64,000 nt of DNA, taken from the NCBI GenBank assembly GCA_963662405.2, contig CAXXKT010000001.1, positions 2,560,001 through 2,624,000 of the forward strand, given 5' to 3'. The notes below the pieces were generated by a model, which had not been told where the DNA came from, made no database searches, and saw nothing but the letters and a program-made list of their open reading frames with translations. Source of the stretch: Syntrophales bacterium. Its GTDB lineage: Bacteria; Desulfobacterota; Syntrophia; Syntrophales; UBA2210. Made by a program: the position numbers and the translations under genes. Shown one piece after another: positions 62,033-64,000 of the stretch (its first letter is position 1; every line of letters starts with the position of its first letter).

Positions 62033-63156
62033 TATTCCTCCTTTATCGCAAATGTCTTACCGGGAAGCTGGGTGATGTATCCCTTCAGTTCGAGTGACAT
62101 GAGAATCCGCAGAAGATCCTGAACGGCATACCCGGTATCACTCGCCAATGTGTCTATGTGTGCAGCGTTTGTACTCAAAGCTTTGAGAATGGTCTGCTCT
62201 TCGATCGCGATGCTGTCGGTTTTTCTCTCCGCCACCGGGGTGCCGGAGGGCATCGCTCCGGGGAGTGCGAGATCATGGTTTACCTGGGGGAGGATTTCCT
62301 CCAGAATATCATGTGCGTTCTCAACCAGTTTTGCCCCTTCCCGGAGCAGTCGGTGCGTTCCTCTGGTCCCCGGTGAGTCGATATTCCCCGGAACGGCAAA
62401 GACCTCTCTCCCGTGGTCCAGGGCAAGACGAGCGGTGATCAGAGAGCCGCTTTTTTCCCCGGCCTCGACGATGACCACCCCCAGTGAGAGGCCGCTGATG
62501 ATCCTGTTGCGGGAGGGAAAGTTGGCGGCCAGAGGACGGGTCGTGAATGGATATTCGGTGATCACGGCACCATTCTCCGATATCTTTTCAAAAAGTTCCT
62601 TGTTTTCAGGTGGGTAGATCGTATCCAATCCCGATCCCAGAACGGCGATGGTCCTCCCTTTTCCCGCCAGTGCTCCCCTGTGGGCGGCCGAATCGATCCC
62701 CCGCGCCATCCCGCTGACAACGGTTATCCCTGCCATGGCCAGTTCACGGCAGAGCCGTTCCGTTATGAATCGACCATACGTGCTTGCCAGTCGTGAGCCG
62801 ACCACGGCGATACAGACATCACGGGGAGAGAGTCTTCCCTTTACATACAAAACAGGGGGAAAATCGTATATGGCCGAAAGCAAAGGGGGATAGAATGGAG
62901 AATCAGCGGTTATGAAGGAAGCCCCCATCCTTTCAGCCGTTTCAATCTCCCGCGTAACCTGTGGCCAATCGTTGAATTCGCGGATACCCTGTGCCGTTTT
63001 GTGCGCGATGTGGGGAACCTTGAGGAGGGCGGACAGCGGGGCATCGAAGACGGCGCGAGGCGACCCGAATGCCTTGACGAGATTCTTGAATCCGACGCTC
63101 CCCACGTTTTCCACAAACTTCAAAGCAAGCCAGTATGTTATATCGGTAGGATTCAT
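62032..63156 (-). CDS. dprA: DNA-processing protein DprA/Smf
   Basis: VVGSR, VSGMARGID..AH, FPSRNRIISG, SGSLITA; likely start MNPTD at 63156. Confidence 0.95.
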   Translation of the reverse strand: MNPTDITYWLALKFVENVGSVGFKNLVKAFGSPRAVFDAPLSALLKVPHIAHKTAQGIREFNDWPQVTREIETAERMGASFITADSPFYPPLLSAIYDFPPVLYVKGRLSPRDVCIAVVGSRLASTYGRFITERLCRELAMAGITVVSGMARGIDSAAHRGALAGKGRTIAVLGSGLDTIYPPENKELFEKISENGAVITEYPFTTRPLAANFPSRNRIISGLSLGVVIVEAGEKSGSLITARLALDHGREVFAVPGNIDSPGTRGTHRLLREGAKLVENAHDILEEILPQVNHDLALPGAMPSGTPVAERKTDSIAIEEQTILKALSTNAAHIDTLASDTGYAVQDLLRILMSLELKGYITQLPGKTFAIKEE

Positions 63157-63359
63157 TGTTGTGACGATGAAAGATACAAATGTAAGGGTTCCGAAATCCA
63201 GATAATTGCTAAGGTCGGGACTATATATGGTATCTTGGAGGGGTGTCAAGTCTTTTTGAGCGGCGGTTTACTTGACATAGCTCAGGGGTTATACTAGTTT
63301 CAACTGCGCAGCCCGATACCCGCGAGGTCTGTTCCGAGCGGTATGCGCTGCTATTGGGG

Positions 63360-64000
63360 ATGAAAAGAGGAATACCTACGTTGAACCCGAAAAGATTCAT
63401 TACTCTGTGTTGCGTCCTGACGCTCCTTCTTGTCGAATCTGCCGTTTCTTTTGCCGTGACTGATGCACCGGTCCTTACCGTGACACCAGGCGAGATAGAT
63501 TTCGGTGTCATGCGAGATACCGATACGACAGTCCGATCGATTGCGTTATACAGCAAAGGAAAGGTGACGTGGCGAATTCGGTGGGTGGAACCCTGGCTTT
63601 CGCTGGATTCCTATTCGGGGCTTGTTGAAGACGGCATGCAATTCATCACCATTACGGCATCCCCGCGAACCCTTCCCTTGGGGCAATATCAGACCGAAAT
63701 CGTCATCGCGACCTCCTCCGGTACCAGGACGGTTCCCATCTCTGTGACCGTGTTACGCGGGAGTGACGCGATCCCCGAGCCCGAGCTGGAGCAGATCTTT
63801 TTGGTACCTCAGTCGGTTGCCGCTCAGGTCGGCCGAAAGATTCAACTGGGGGTCGTCGGTATGTATTCGGACGGTTCGGAGAAGGATATTACGGGCGAGG
63901 TAGAGTGGGTATCCGATAACGATGCTGTCGGGTATTTTCTTGAAAAGGATGGTCTCCTGGTTGGAAAATCGACCGGAACCGTTGGGATATTTGCGAAAAA
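63360..64000 (+). CDS. Exported protein with BACON-like and Ig-like (Big_2) domains; truncated by the window end
   Basis: Hand translation MKRGIPTLNPKRFITLCCVLTLLL... signal peptide; LTVTPGEIDFG..W....PWLSL...SG; G.YSDGSEKDITGEVEWVSDN; open to the end of the window. Confidence 0.7.
   Translation, partial: MKRGIPTLNPKRFITLCCVLTLLLVESAVSFAVTDAPVLTVTPGEIDFGVMRDTDTTVRSIALYSKGKVTWRIRWVEPWLSLDSYSGLVEDGMQFITITASPRTLPLGQYQTEIVIATSSGTRTVPISVTVLRGSDAIPEPELEQIFLVPQSVAAQVGRKIQLGVVGMYSDGSEKDITGEVEWVSDNDAVGYFLEKDGLLVGKSTGTVGIFAK

Noticed and set aside
63272..63345. tRNA-like TAGCTCAG motif
   Set aside because: No cloverleaf or T-loop GTTCRA in register; more likely part of a divergent promoter region (TTGACA on both strands)

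Overview
A 64-kb bacterial chromosome segment of moderately high GC. Gene content and order (carD-PIN/TRAM-ispD-ispF, valS-nadC-birA-coaX, dprA-topA-trmFO, HdrD-like Fe-S proteins, a sigma54 activator) suggest an anaerobic deltaproteobacterium of the Syntrophales/Desulfobacterota type; this taxonomy is inferred. About 21-64 kb is mostly housekeeping and metabolic genes, and 6-21 kb is the accessory part. The main finding is a complete ~1.39-kb IS110-family element (7993-9379) inserted into the Shine-Dalgarno sequence of a SIMPL gene. Its upstream non-coding end folds, by eye, into a two-loop bridge-RNA-like structure. One loop matches the reconstructed target (AAAGGAG...ACATG, an RBS plus start codon) and the other matches the element's own circle junction (ATAGGAG|GAATG). 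Insertion regenerates the host RBS, and circularisation would assemble a sigma70 promoter. Also present: an ~8.5-kb partly AT-rich catabolic island (acyl-CoA ligase, Fe-S/FAD/Fe-S oxidoreductase trio, AcoR-like activator with a candidate sigma54 promoter and UAS pair) bracketed by a diverged duplicate of the 3' end of a DUF1786 gene; a SPOR-domain/beta-barrel fusion; a Lys-rich small ORF between csp and an ABC-F gene that the ORF track missed; an IS256 remnant; and a non-canonical EF-G paralogue. No rRNA, tRNA or CRISPR array was recognised. All family assignments come from motif recognition by eye; no searches were run.
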